Made by a program: the position numbers and the translations under genes
The notes under the pieces: generated by a model
Told to the model about the DNA's origin: nothing
Seen by the model: the letters and a program-made list of their open reading frames with translations, nothing else
Database searches by the model: none
Source of the DNA: Aureliella sp.
Lineage (GTDB): Bacteria; Planctomycetota; Planctomycetia; Pirellulales; Pirellulaceae
Reading direction: 5' to 3'
Length of the DNA stretch: 64,000 nucleotides
Assembly: GCA_963691875.1 (NCBI GenBank)
Contig: OY829846.1
Span: 896,001 to 960,000, forward strand
Shown here: positions 20,391 through 29,942 of the stretch, in pieces
Layout of the letters: every line of letters starts with the position of its first letter
Position numbering within the stretch: position 1 is the stretch's first letter

Positions 20391-22028
20391 ATGATCGACC
20401 AACAAAGCTCAAAACGTTTTCTAACTGGGATTTGGGCACTGATTTCCATTTTGCCGACGACTTTGGCGGCTCAGGAATTTGATGAGCGTTTTACAGACTG
20501 GCCCCTTGATTTGAAGATCAACGGCCGTTTGATTTTGTGCGATGCCGAGACGGACTTAGAGACCATCACTAAGCTTGTGTCAGAAACGGACAAGAGCGGG
20601 AAAGTCGTCGTACTCTGCCAAGAGGACGAAGCAAGCGAACTGAAAGAAGGATATGAACAGCACTTCCAAACCGTAGTCGTTGTTCAAAACCTGCGAGCAG
20701 CATCCGAGCACCAAGATGCATCTACTGTTGCGTGGCACACATCAGCCTATTTCCAAAGTCGTTTTCAGTATCTTGACAGACAGGCAACTTGGCTCAAGGA
20801 GCAAATAAACACGGGAAAGACCGCAATCGTATCCGGCGGCGCTGCCAATTGGTGTAGTAAGCATTATCTGGCCAACGACAAGCCACATCCTGAAATTGCT
20901 CATGGATGCAATCTTCTGCCAGATTGTGTCTTGAAGACACGCTTCTCCTCCGCCAATCGGCTGCCCATGATGAGCGTCTTAACGAGCCAGCCCAAGACCG
21001 TTGGCCTCGGGCTAGAGCCCCAAACCGCACTCCTGTTGGCGGGTCGTAAATTGCTTGTCGCTGGTGAAGGCAGGGCGCGACTCTTCCTGCCCGGAAACGA
21101 AATGCTGCCTCAGAGGACTGTTACGATCCAACCGAGGTCCTCCGAGCGTCGCCAACGGACAACCGAAATCATGGCGGATCTAACTCAGTGGCGACGCGAG
21201 GCGATCGATCGCAGCTTGGAGGCTTTTCCGGTGGCCGAGCCTAGAACACCCAATGTCTCCAATGGCACGCTCTTTATAGTAGGCGGAGGAGGAATGCCCG
21301 ATGGATTGATGGAGGACTTCATTGAGGCTGCTGGCGGTAAAGAAAAAGCCAAGCTGGTTTACGTGCCCTGCTCTGAAGCCGACAGCGTGGGTGACGACCA
21401 GCGAATGGTTCAGTATTGGGAACGGCTGGGTGTCAAAGAGGCGACCTTTATTCATACGAAGGACCGTAACAAAGCAAACGCCGATCCAGCGATCCTCAAC
21501 AAACTGCGCGATGCAACAGGTATTTGGTTTGGCGGCGGAAGACAGTGGAACTTTTCGGATTCGTACTACGGCACTGAGGCACATCGGCTCATGAAGGAAG
21601 TACTCAAGCGCGGCGGCGCGATCGGCGGATCCTCCGCGGGTGCATCCATTCAGGCTCGTTACTTGTGTCGCGCAACGCCGATCGAAAACTATCTGCCGAT
21701 GGCTCCCGGCTACGAACGCGGCGGCCTAGGCTTCATCTCCGGCGTTGCAATTGACCAACACTTTTCGCAACGCAAACGTTTCAGAGATATGAGTTCGTTA
21801 GTCGATCGCTATCCACAGTTGCTTGGGATCGGCATTGACGAGGCAACGGCAATTGTCGTTCGCAAGTCAAATGCGACTGTCGTCGGGCGCGGCAAAGTGC
21901 ACTTCTATGATCGAGACAAACCTGTCTTCCCGGACCAGTTAGACTATCAAGCCCTGGAAGCAGGTGAGACGTATGATCTCGATGCGAGAGCTGTCGTGGA
22001 TGCCCCCCAGACTAAAAGCATTCCCTAA
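20391..22028 (+). CDS. Cyanophycinase (peptidase S51) with a degenerate N-terminal S51-like domain and signal peptide
   Basis: C-terminal half has LFIVGGG, WFGGGRQ, catalytic GGSSAGA, IDQHFSQRKR, GIGIDEATA. Confidence 0.85.
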   Translation: MIDQQSSKRFLTGIWALISILPTTLAAQEFDERFTDWPLDLKINGRLILCDAETDLETITKLVSETDKSGKVVVLCQEDEASELKEGYEQHFQTVVVVQNLRAASEHQDASTVAWHTSAYFQSRFQYLDRQATWLKEQINTGKTAIVSGGAANWCSKHYLANDKPHPEIAHGCNLLPDCVLKTRFSSANRLPMMSVLTSQPKTVGLGLEPQTALLLAGRKLLVAGEGRARLFLPGNEMLPQRTVTIQPRSSERRQRTTEIMADLTQWRREAIDRSLEAFPVAEPRTPNVSNGTLFIVGGGGMPDGLMEDFIEAAGGKEKAKLVYVPCSEADSVGDDQRMVQYWERLGVKEATFIHTKDRNKANADPAILNKLRDATGIWFGGGRQWNFSDSYYGTEAHRLMKEVLKRGGAIGGSSAGASIQARYLCRATPIENYLPMAPGYERGGLGFISGVAIDQHFSQRKRFRDMSSLVDRYPQLLGIGIDEATAIVVRKSNATVVGRGKVHFYDRDKPVFPDQLDYQALEAGETYDLDARAVVDAPQTKSIP

Positions 22029-22153
22029 CCTTTTCTTTCGCAGAATGAGTGCTCCCGTTAGATTCTCGGTGTCTGTGAGTTACTATCGCTGTAGCTTGGG
22101 ACTGGTTGCAAACTTTGAAGCGGTGGTTGAGATTTAGATTCTTTGAGTAACTG

Positions 22154-23344
22154 ATGGAGAACATTGCACTTTACACGACGAGAAGGAGGTTCCTGACGGA
22201 GGACCAACTTATTCAGCTGGCCCCGAACGCAGAAATTGAAGTGCACGATAATGGAGCGACTCTTTCATGGCATGAGGCAAGTATTCGGCTGAGCGTGATG
22301 GCTGAAAACTCCCTTTCATCTCATCTCACCAGCTTTAACGGCTTTGTTACGTCCCAAGTTGGTGGGGCAACTGATCAAATCCAAGGGATACTGGATCAGA
22401 TCGCCGCCTCACAGATGTGCATTGGTTGCGTTGTAGATCCAGATTTTGACGCCTCGATAAATGCCACGAGCTTTCTCGTAAGCCTTGCCGCGACACTCGA
22501 AGAGTCGTTTTTCTTCTACGGCACAGGCATCTTCTCGCCGCTTGGCGAACCGTGGTTTGGCCCTTCCGGTATGCCAGCCTTGTTCGAGCTCTCTGAGTTA
22601 TCGGTGCAGAAACTCACGCTCGAAGAGTACCCACGGATGACTCCGGATCAGCAAGTCCGCTTCCAACGCCAGGCACAAGTCTTCGAGCAATATCATGTTC
22701 CCAACATCGGAAAACGCTGTTGGGTCAAGGATCGGAGTGCAGAAATCCTCAGGCCGCCACGCGAAGTCGCAAAGCGCATTTTGGCCTTACACACGGTCGT
22801 ATGTATCGCTAGAGGCCGCCCGAGATCCGAGGCAATGAAGGACCTAGAACAGACAGGAGCCGCCGACGCGCTTACGGAGGCAGAGAGAGATTTCCTTGCT
22901 CACCGACGACTTCCTGAATCAGAACGTCAAGCGATGATCTGGCAGCTGGAGGACTTATGGGTGTTAATGTGGTCCCTACGCCACATTGATGAGTTCACTT
23001 GGCCAACGGAGATGTGCAATGTAGACGCCTTACATGAGTTGGTCTTCAATAAAAGCAAAGACAGCAGAGCTTTTATTGAGGATGCAAACTTGCGAGGAAC
23101 AAAGTCTATTCTGGACGCGACGCAAATCGTCATCGGTATACATGCAGTGCTTCGCAGTGCCTCGGCCGAACAAGAGGAAGTGCCCGAGAACCTGAACTGG
23201 AAGCAACCGAATCGAATGGTTCTAGTGTCGAACAGTGCGTTGATTGGCATAGTCGCTCGGCGTCACCATGCCCTCAACTGGCTTCGCGGACTTGGCGAAT
23301 GGGATACGGTCGATACACCTACCGTCCCAGAGGCAGTACTTTAA
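22154..23344 (+). CDS. DUF4272 domain protein
   Basis: LRPPREVAKRILAL, W..EDLWVLMWSL and C-terminal RHHALNWL...WDTVDTPT. Confidence 0.7.
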   Translation: MENIALYTTRRRFLTEDQLIQLAPNAEIEVHDNGATLSWHEASIRLSVMAENSLSSHLTSFNGFVTSQVGGATDQIQGILDQIAASQMCIGCVVDPDFDASINATSFLVSLAATLEESFFFYGTGIFSPLGEPWFGPSGMPALFELSELSVQKLTLEEYPRMTPDQQVRFQRQAQVFEQYHVPNIGKRCWVKDRSAEILRPPREVAKRILALHTVVCIARGRPRSEAMKDLEQTGAADALTEAERDFLAHRRLPESERQAMIWQLEDLWVLMWSLRHIDEFTWPTEMCNVDALHELVFNKSKDSRAFIEDANLRGTKSILDATQIVIGIHAVLRSASAEQEEVPENLNWKQPNRMVLVSNSALIGIVARRHHALNWLRGLGEWDTVDTPTVPEAVL

Positions 23345-23592
23345 GACATGCAGGATTTGTCCTACATCACCGGCTTCGCTATCGTTGGGCCGGCGTGCGG
23401 AATTCGTGACTCGTTGTGTTCGCTTCACCATCTAAAGTACAGGTGCGAAACGAGCGCGTAAGGAGCCGGCAGACCCAATTTCCCCAGTTGACTGAAAGCG
23501 GCGAAGCCGCGGACTAGAAGGGCGACTGCAGATGCTTGCAGCAGCCTTCGACTTATGGTGCGTTTGCAGCTAAATCGCGGTAAGTAAGATTC

Positions 23593-24025
23593 CTAGAATC
23601 GCACTTGGAACTGCAAGCAGACAAAAATCGGCGTCCGCATTCACGGCGCCCGCGGTCTGCGAGAAGTAATCGCCAGACGAGAAGTGCGAGTACCCTGACA
23701 CGATGTTTGCCCGTGGGTTGATCGTGATCGTTGCAAGCAAGTCGATCTCATTCCCCAAGCCCATAGAAGCCGCAGCGGCTACGGTGTTATAAGGCGTTAT
23801 AACAACGCTGCATGGTTTAGTTTCCTGTTCCAATAAGAAGTAGTGATGACAGAGCAAGAACTTGACGTTCGAAATCGGCGTCGGCGTGATTAAAGATAGG
23901 TCGACATCGTTCAAGTTTCGGCGACCAAATAATTCCATGCACCTGTTTTACTTGTGTGCCAATGGGAAGTAGTGGTCGAATCCATCTTCTCCAAGAACAA
24001 ACTGATCGCTACCTGAGGCCCAGTC
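23593..24025 (-). pseudogene. 3' remnant of an alginate-export-family outer-membrane beta-barrel gene
   Basis: Manual translation: DWASG...GFDHYFPLAHK*NRCMELFGRRNL...LGNEIDLLAT...GYSHF..GDYF...DADF, then a frameshift to FVCLQFQVRF* (terminal Phe beta-signal). In-frame TAA at 23948-23950; 5' part missing. Confidence 0.75.
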
Positions 24026-24617
24026 AGCTCTTCGCGTTCTCTGCTCGGGCGGCGACTGGGATCGCACTTATCTATGAAGCCGAAATGCAGCGAAACTTCA
24101 GCTACGACAAGATGAGGCCCTATGGCTTCGGCGAAGGCAATCGCAATGCCCCACGTAACATGGATGACTACTCTGACTTTCCTCGTAGGCTATGGTGCGT
24201 TAGACATCATGCTCGACATGGTTCTCAAGACGATCTGTTTTTTTAGCATGGGGCTCCTCTGGCTCTACGTTGTCGATGCCATATTCCGCCTATTCAGCAA
24301 CCGGACAGGATCGTATCACGTCGACTGACGCCGCTCCACTCAGGGAAAACTATCGCCAGCAATAGGTATAGGTTCACTTTATCCGAAAACCCATATTGTC
24401 TTCCTCGCTTAAGCGTTTTGTGGTCGAGCTTTTCCGAAGGGGCAGAGTGACTTGTTGTAGGCCGGAACAAGAACGCAGCCACGCCGTAACAGTGCAAACT
24501 CGACTTCAAGCCTAACCGTTTGGAATGTGACTTGTGGGCCTACGTGTTGGCAGAACTGAAAATCGCGTTATTCTGAACAACTGGACTTCGAACTTCTTCA
24601 ATGCTGGATCTTGATGC

Positions 24618-26000
24618 ATGCGTAAGTTACTTCTTCTTAGTTTTGTGCTTGCAGGAGTCGCCATTTTCATAGCTCTACGCAATGGCAGACAGGTCGTTCG
24701 GCCCGATCTGGAAGTCGGAGCCGTCCCGGCGGTATCTGCCAACTCGGAAGACTCCTTCCGAGTTGGTGCTCTCGGTTGGAATCGTTTCCGAGGGCCCAAC
24801 GGCTTCGGCGTGCTAGACGACACGAATATCCCATTGCAATGGAGTTCTACCGAAAACCTTGCATGGAGTGCTGCTCTTCCAGGAATTGGTGCAAGTAGTC
24901 CGGTACTCACCGAAACTCGAGTCTTTGTGACAGCTTGCGAGTTCGAGCGGCAATCCAACGGCGAGCTTGCCTGGATTAAGCGCTTCGTCTGCTGTTTTGA
25001 ACGTGAATCCGGCACCGAGCTATGGAAGAAGGAAATCGATGGCAAGCTGCCGGAAGACCCCTACCGTGGCATGGGGCTTCCAGAACACGGTTATGCCACG
25101 AACACACCAGTTGTCGACGAAAAACATGTTTACGCTTTTCTTGGCAAATCGGGTGTCTACTGTTTCGACATGGAAGGCAATGAGGTCTGGCAACGCGCCG
25201 TCGGTCAAGATTCTAATCCCAAGGGTTGGGGTTCATGCTCGAGTTTGATCCTTTGCGGCGACTCTGTCATCGTCAATGCGGCGGAAGAATCCAATACCAT
25301 CTTTGCCTTGGATCGAATAACCGGAGAAACCAATTGGGAAGTAGATTCACCAAGTCTCAATTACGCATTCAGCACTCCAGCCGTAGTCACTACCGCCGAT
25401 GGCAATCTGGAACTCGTTTTTGTTCTGGTCGGGGAGATCTGGGGACTGAATCCTGAGACGGGGAAGCTGCTTTGGTACGCAGAAACTCCGATGGCAGGTA
25501 ATGTTTCACCTTGCTTAATCGTCCAGGATGATTTGATCTACTCCTTTGGCGGCTATCGCAGCGTCGGCTCACTATGCGTCCAAGCAGGAGGTCGAGGTAA
25601 TGTGACCGACTCGCATGTAAAATGGACAAGCAGACTGACCTCCTATATCTCGACGCCAGTACTGCTAAATGAAAAGCTCTACTGGGTCGATAGCTCGGCA
25701 AAGTTCTATACCCAGGATGCCAGGACAGGGGAAATGATCTCTCGAGGACGTATGAAAGTCGATCTCTCTGGGTCACAACCCATTTACGCATCGGCACTGG
25801 CGATTGGAGGGAAGATCGTGTTGCAAACTCGCCGTGCAGGAGTGTTGGTGATGGAAGCCGATGACGATCTAACTGTGCTACACCAGAACATTCTCGACAA
25901 TTCCCTCTCCAACGCCACACCAGCGGCCGACGACGGACAGCTCTTTCTCCGCAGCGACTCGCATTTGTATTGCGTCCAGGCTCCCAAGGACGAGTCCTAA
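24618..26000 (+). CDS. PQQ-like (BamB-type) beta-propeller repeat protein
   Basis: WNRFRGPNG.G, WS..ENLAW, SSPV, C-terminal ATPA..DGQLFLRS...LYCV; N-terminal anchor. Confidence 0.88.
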   Translation: MRKLLLLSFVLAGVAIFIALRNGRQVVRPDLEVGAVPAVSANSEDSFRVGALGWNRFRGPNGFGVLDDTNIPLQWSSTENLAWSAALPGIGASSPVLTETRVFVTACEFERQSNGELAWIKRFVCCFERESGTELWKKEIDGKLPEDPYRGMGLPEHGYATNTPVVDEKHVYAFLGKSGVYCFDMEGNEVWQRAVGQDSNPKGWGSCSSLILCGDSVIVNAAEESNTIFALDRITGETNWEVDSPSLNYAFSTPAVVTTADGNLELVFVLVGEIWGLNPETGKLLWYAETPMAGNVSPCLIVQDDLIYSFGGYRSVGSLCVQAGGRGNVTDSHVKWTSRLTSYISTPVLLNEKLYWVDSSAKFYTQDARTGEMISRGRMKVDLSGSQPIYASALAIGGKIVLQTRRAGVLVMEADDDLTVLHQNILDNSLSNATPAADDGQLFLRSDSHLYCVQAPKDES

Positions 26001-26263
26001 GAGCGAGGCCGAAACGCTGCGGGCTCATACCATCGAATTTCGAACAAGAAATGTCAAATTTCGAAGTCGGGCGGGACTGCGCCGCGATGAGCTATAGAGA
26101 AAACGCGTGACCTCCAAATCGCTAGCGTTCGGCTCTTTCGCTGTCTTTGCGTCACCCAGGCGGCAAAAGCAAACCGGCACCAACCGCTAGGCTCTAAATA
26201 ATCTTCGAGCATCAACGGTGCAGTAGGCGTTAGACAAAGTCTCGTTACGAACCGAATTGGCGT

Positions 26264-27880
26264 CTACCACTTGAGGCCAAATCGTTCGCCACCGCTGCTG
26301 GATCCAGTTCCACCTTTAAGAGGACCTTGGTGCTTGGGCAAAACAGGCTTCGCCGGTGGCAATTCCTCCTCCTGCTTGGAGTCCTCTTCCTTCGTCTCTG
26401 GTGCCGCCTGAGCGCCCTTGATGGAGAGACTCATTCGCTGATTGGCCGTATCGACGGAAAGCACCTTGACGTCAATCTCCTCGCCTTCGGAAACAACGTT
26501 GGAGACGTTGCTGACGCGATGGTGCGCAAGTTCGCTGATATGAACCAAGCCTTCAACGCCGGTGGCCACTTTGACAAAGGCACCGAATTCTGCGATGCGA
26601 CTAACAGTACCTTTACAGACAGCCCCTATCGCGAATCGACTGTCAATATCATTCCACGGATGATCAGCCAGTGATCGATAGGAAAGACCAATCTTGCTGC
26701 TCTGTTCATCGATCTTGTCAATTCGGACTTCGACTTTCTGCCCTACCTCGACGACTTCGCTCGGATGATTCACTCGGTCCCACGAAAGCTGACTGATGTG
26801 CAGCAGTCCGTCAAGCCCTCCGATATCAACGAATGCACCAAAGTCGAGGATTTTCGTCACGGTGCCTTCTACTGAATCGCCGACAGAGATCGATGCCATC
26901 CGTTCGGCTCGTTTCGCTTCCTTCTCACGCTCCAGCACAGCTCGACGCGATAATACGAGATTGCCACGCCGCTCGTTGGCTTCCGTGACAACACAAAGTA
27001 CCTTTTGATCCACTAGCTCAGCTAGATTTTCAACGCGATACTCTGCAACCTGACTTGCCGGGATGAAGCCACGAATTGCCCCCGCCTTGCACTCCAAGCC
27101 GCCGGTGTTTGAACCGGTAACAAGTACTTCGATGACTTCACCTTCGTTGATGTCGTCCCACTCGGAGACTTCGACAGCACTGCCTGGCAGAGTGACTTCG
27201 TAGAGTCCTTCTTCTCGATTGAAGCCCCGAACAACGACTTCGATCTGGGAACCAATCTCAGGTTCCGTTTCGAATTGCGTGCGAGGGACCATGCCTTCGT
27301 TGGGACCGCCAAGCGAAACGAAGACGAACTCTTCCTGCGCCTTAACGATTTTCGCTTGAATCCGCTGCCCTTCGTCAATCGACTTGCCAACTTGCAACAT
27401 TTCGTCGCCGATTAGCATCGAATCGAGATCGGAGCCACCGAATGCGGCATTTAACTCGTCTTCCAGATCCGCTGCCAGAGGTTGGCGAAGAGAAGGCACT
27501 TCGACTTTTGGTGCGACTGCTGGAGGCGTTTTGATCACGCCAACTTCTTGAACTGGCTTGGCTTGTTCGTTCTTTTCAGCCCGTTTTGCTTGTTTCGCCC
27601 GCTTTGGTTTCGGCCCCTTTCCGCCTGACTTGCCCTTCGATGATTCCTCAGGCTGGGGCGCGGCAGCAGGCTGATGCTGGCTCTTACGCAACTCGCGGAT
27701 ACGGCTCAAATTGAGTGGGCCACCCGAGGCGGGCTTCGACACTGGTTCAACGCTGGACTCTGTCTCCGCAGACTCAGTGACTGCCTCAGTTGGCTTCTCT
27801 GCAGCTTCATGAGAGGGAACTGGAGTGTCCTCGCCAGCAACATTCTCTGGCGAGTCTTTGGGGGAATTTTCAGTAGACAT
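26264..27880 (-). CDS. S1 RNA-binding-domain protein (RpsA-like, about four S1 domains)
   Basis: RGFIPASQV, FGAFVDIGGLDGLLHISQLSW, FGAFVKVATGVEGLVHISELA, preceded by a long low-complexity N-terminus. Confidence 0.88.
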   Translation of the reverse strand: MSTENSPKDSPENVAGEDTPVPSHEAAEKPTEAVTESAETESSVEPVSKPASGGPLNLSRIRELRKSQHQPAAAPQPEESSKGKSGGKGPKPKRAKQAKRAEKNEQAKPVQEVGVIKTPPAVAPKVEVPSLRQPLAADLEDELNAAFGGSDLDSMLIGDEMLQVGKSIDEGQRIQAKIVKAQEEFVFVSLGGPNEGMVPRTQFETEPEIGSQIEVVVRGFNREEGLYEVTLPGSAVEVSEWDDINEGEVIEVLVTGSNTGGLECKAGAIRGFIPASQVAEYRVENLAELVDQKVLCVVTEANERRGNLVLSRRAVLEREKEAKRAERMASISVGDSVEGTVTKILDFGAFVDIGGLDGLLHISQLSWDRVNHPSEVVEVGQKVEVRIDKIDEQSSKIGLSYRSLADHPWNDIDSRFAIGAVCKGTVSRIAEFGAFVKVATGVEGLVHISELAHHRVSNVSNVVSEGEEIDVKVLSVDTANQRMSLSIKGAQAAPETKEEDSKQEEELPPAKPVLPKHQGPLKGGTGSSSGGERFGLKW

Positions 27881-28249
27881 GTTCAAAACAGAAAAAGGCA
27901 GTCGACAGAATGGAGCTCAGGTAACTTGATTTTCGGCACCCCGGGCAGGTGTAGATGTCAAATTTTAGACTCCGGTCCTCATCCTTCCAACGAGTACCAG
28001 CCGATTTCTGGCGCAAATGAGCTTGGGAGACGCCCAGCAGAGTTTGGATGGGGCAGAATAGTTAAAATCCCAACCTGTCCAGGGCTCACCAGAGCTTCAG
28101 TTTGCACGAGCGGATCTCCTCGTATCACGACGCGGGAGCGAGATTGGATTAGCAGGGCCAATCATTCTAGAACTTTGACGCGTTTGTCAGGGCAAGGGTG
28201 ATTGCTGATGTCTTCACTATGTGGTCGAGTATGCGGTAAAACTAACGGC

Positions 28250-28918
28250 ATGGAAGAAAAAAACGTTGAGGGCCTTGCTCAGGCTGATTCAGTTCAAGAC
28301 GAAATCGCGGAGAACCAGCCGCCGCGATTGACCGACGAGAAACAGATCTCGGCCGCGAGCCCTTTTTCGCAGCGTTTTCGAAAGATTTCGGTGCATTCCG
28401 ATACGAAGCAGCTGACCGACTGGATCAACAACACAGTTGGCTCTGAGAGTTATGGGGCAACACGAGTTTTCGACCTGTTTACCCTACTCGCCGTCACCGT
28501 AGGCTTCGCAGTTCTATTTGCGTTGCTAAAGCTAGCCGAGCCAATCTTTGAGGAACATCTGCCGCAAGTATATTTGGCATGTGCTTCGTATATCGTTCTC
28601 ATAGCCGTCGCTCAACAATGGTCATTCGGGGGCAAGAAACCGCGACTGGCATCCATTCTTTGCGGACCGATTGCCTACTTTATTCTTTCATTGGGTTTTC
28701 TACTCAACCGACAAATCATGGGGACCGTTTATCTATTCCCGCTTCAACTGATGCTATCGCTCGTCTGCTCCCTCCCGCTTGGAATCTTTCTTGGTTACGT
28801 CGCCGGTGGTGCCATTGCTGGAGTCTTCCTCCTCGCAGATAAGCTGCGTAACTATTGGAAAAGGTCCGAAACTCCCGTAAGTGAGGGCACGGACTCAATG
28901 TGGGATTCGGAAGGTTAG
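28250..28918 (+). CDS. Hypothetical membrane protein
   Basis: RVFDLFTLLAVTVGFAVLFALL followed by several hydrophobic helices. Confidence 0.7.
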   Translation: MEEKNVEGLAQADSVQDEIAENQPPRLTDEKQISAASPFSQRFRKISVHSDTKQLTDWINNTVGSESYGATRVFDLFTLLAVTVGFAVLFALLKLAEPIFEEHLPQVYLACASYIVLIAVAQQWSFGGKKPRLASILCGPIAYFILSLGFLLNRQIMGTVYLFPLQLMLSLVCSLPLGIFLGYVAGGAIAGVFLLADKLRNYWKRSETPVSEGTDSMWDSEG

Positions 28919-29117
28919 TTCGTGCACAAGATAACTAGCAAGCACTTTAAGAATCGAAGATTTACAGCACGTCTATGATGCTGTGTCGAGCAACTCGAAA
29001 AATAGCTGGCTGAAAAGCAGCGAGGCAACAGCTCATCCAAATTCTGGGGAGTAACGACAGTGCTGCACTGCCAGTCAATCAGAACCAGAGCCTAGCAGGA
29101 CCTATCGCAAACATCAG

Positions 29118-29903
29118 ATGCAAGAACGAAGCGAGCACTCTGACAACACTACAAACAGACTTGCAGTTCCAATTGGAGATCAATCGAGGAGCGGAGGCAG
29201 CGCGTGGTTGAAAGGCGTCGCGCTCATGTTGCTGCTATTTCTGGCTTGGCAGCTTTACTTCTGGTTTGGCGACCAACTTAGCATTCACAGCCTTGCCGAA
29301 CGCGAGACGCAACTCCAAGCCCTGCAGGAGGCACGCCCTGGATTGGTCATGCTCGTTGCATTCGCGCTGTACGTTATTGTCACAGGACTCTCGTTACCTG
29401 GAGCCACCGCCATGACGCTTGTTGTCTCGTGGTACTTGGGCTTCTGGCGCAGTTTATTGCTCATAAGCTTTGCTTCAACGACTGGAGCGACGGTCGCATT
29501 CTTGCTCAGCCGCTATCTTCTACGCGACTGGATGAGCAGCCGATTCGGTGATCGACTGGACGGCTTCAATCGAAACCTGGAAAAAGACGGAGTATTTTAT
29601 CTCTTTACCTTGCGTCTGATTCCGGTCGTTCCATTCTTCGTAATCAATGTCGTAATGGGTTTAACACCGATTAAGACTTGGACTTTCTGGTGGGTAAGCC
29701 AAGTTGGTATGTTCGCTGGGACTTGTGTTTATATTTATGCTGGGGCAAGCGTGCCAAGTCTCAAGGTGCTGGCAGAGCGTGGCATAAGTGAAATCGTTTC
29801 TCCACAGCTTCTGCTCGCCTTTGCGCTTCTGGGGCTGTTTCCACTCATCGTCAGGAAAACTTTGACTTGGGCGACAGGTAAACGAACCGAGGAACAAAAC
29901 TGA
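29118..29903 (+). CDS. TVP38/TMEM64 (VTT/DedA superfamily) membrane protein
   Basis: LSLPGA, GAT.AFL.SRY, LRLIPVVPFFVIN motifs. Confidence 0.92.
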   Translation: MQERSEHSDNTTNRLAVPIGDQSRSGGSAWLKGVALMLLLFLAWQLYFWFGDQLSIHSLAERETQLQALQEARPGLVMLVAFALYVIVTGLSLPGATAMTLVVSWYLGFWRSLLLISFASTTGATVAFLLSRYLLRDWMSSRFGDRLDGFNRNLEKDGVFYLFTLRLIPVVPFFVINVVMGLTPIKTWTFWWVSQVGMFAGTCVYIYAGASVPSLKVLAERGISEIVSPQLLLAFALLGLFPLIVRKTLTWATGKRTEEQN

Positions 29904-29942
29904 TACGTTAAACCATCTCTTTGCCCAACTCTGGATATCCCC

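Noticed and set aside
23956..24328. Plus-strand 96-aa and 68-aa ORFs
   Set aside because: No motifs, and the first overlaps the antisense barrel remnant.
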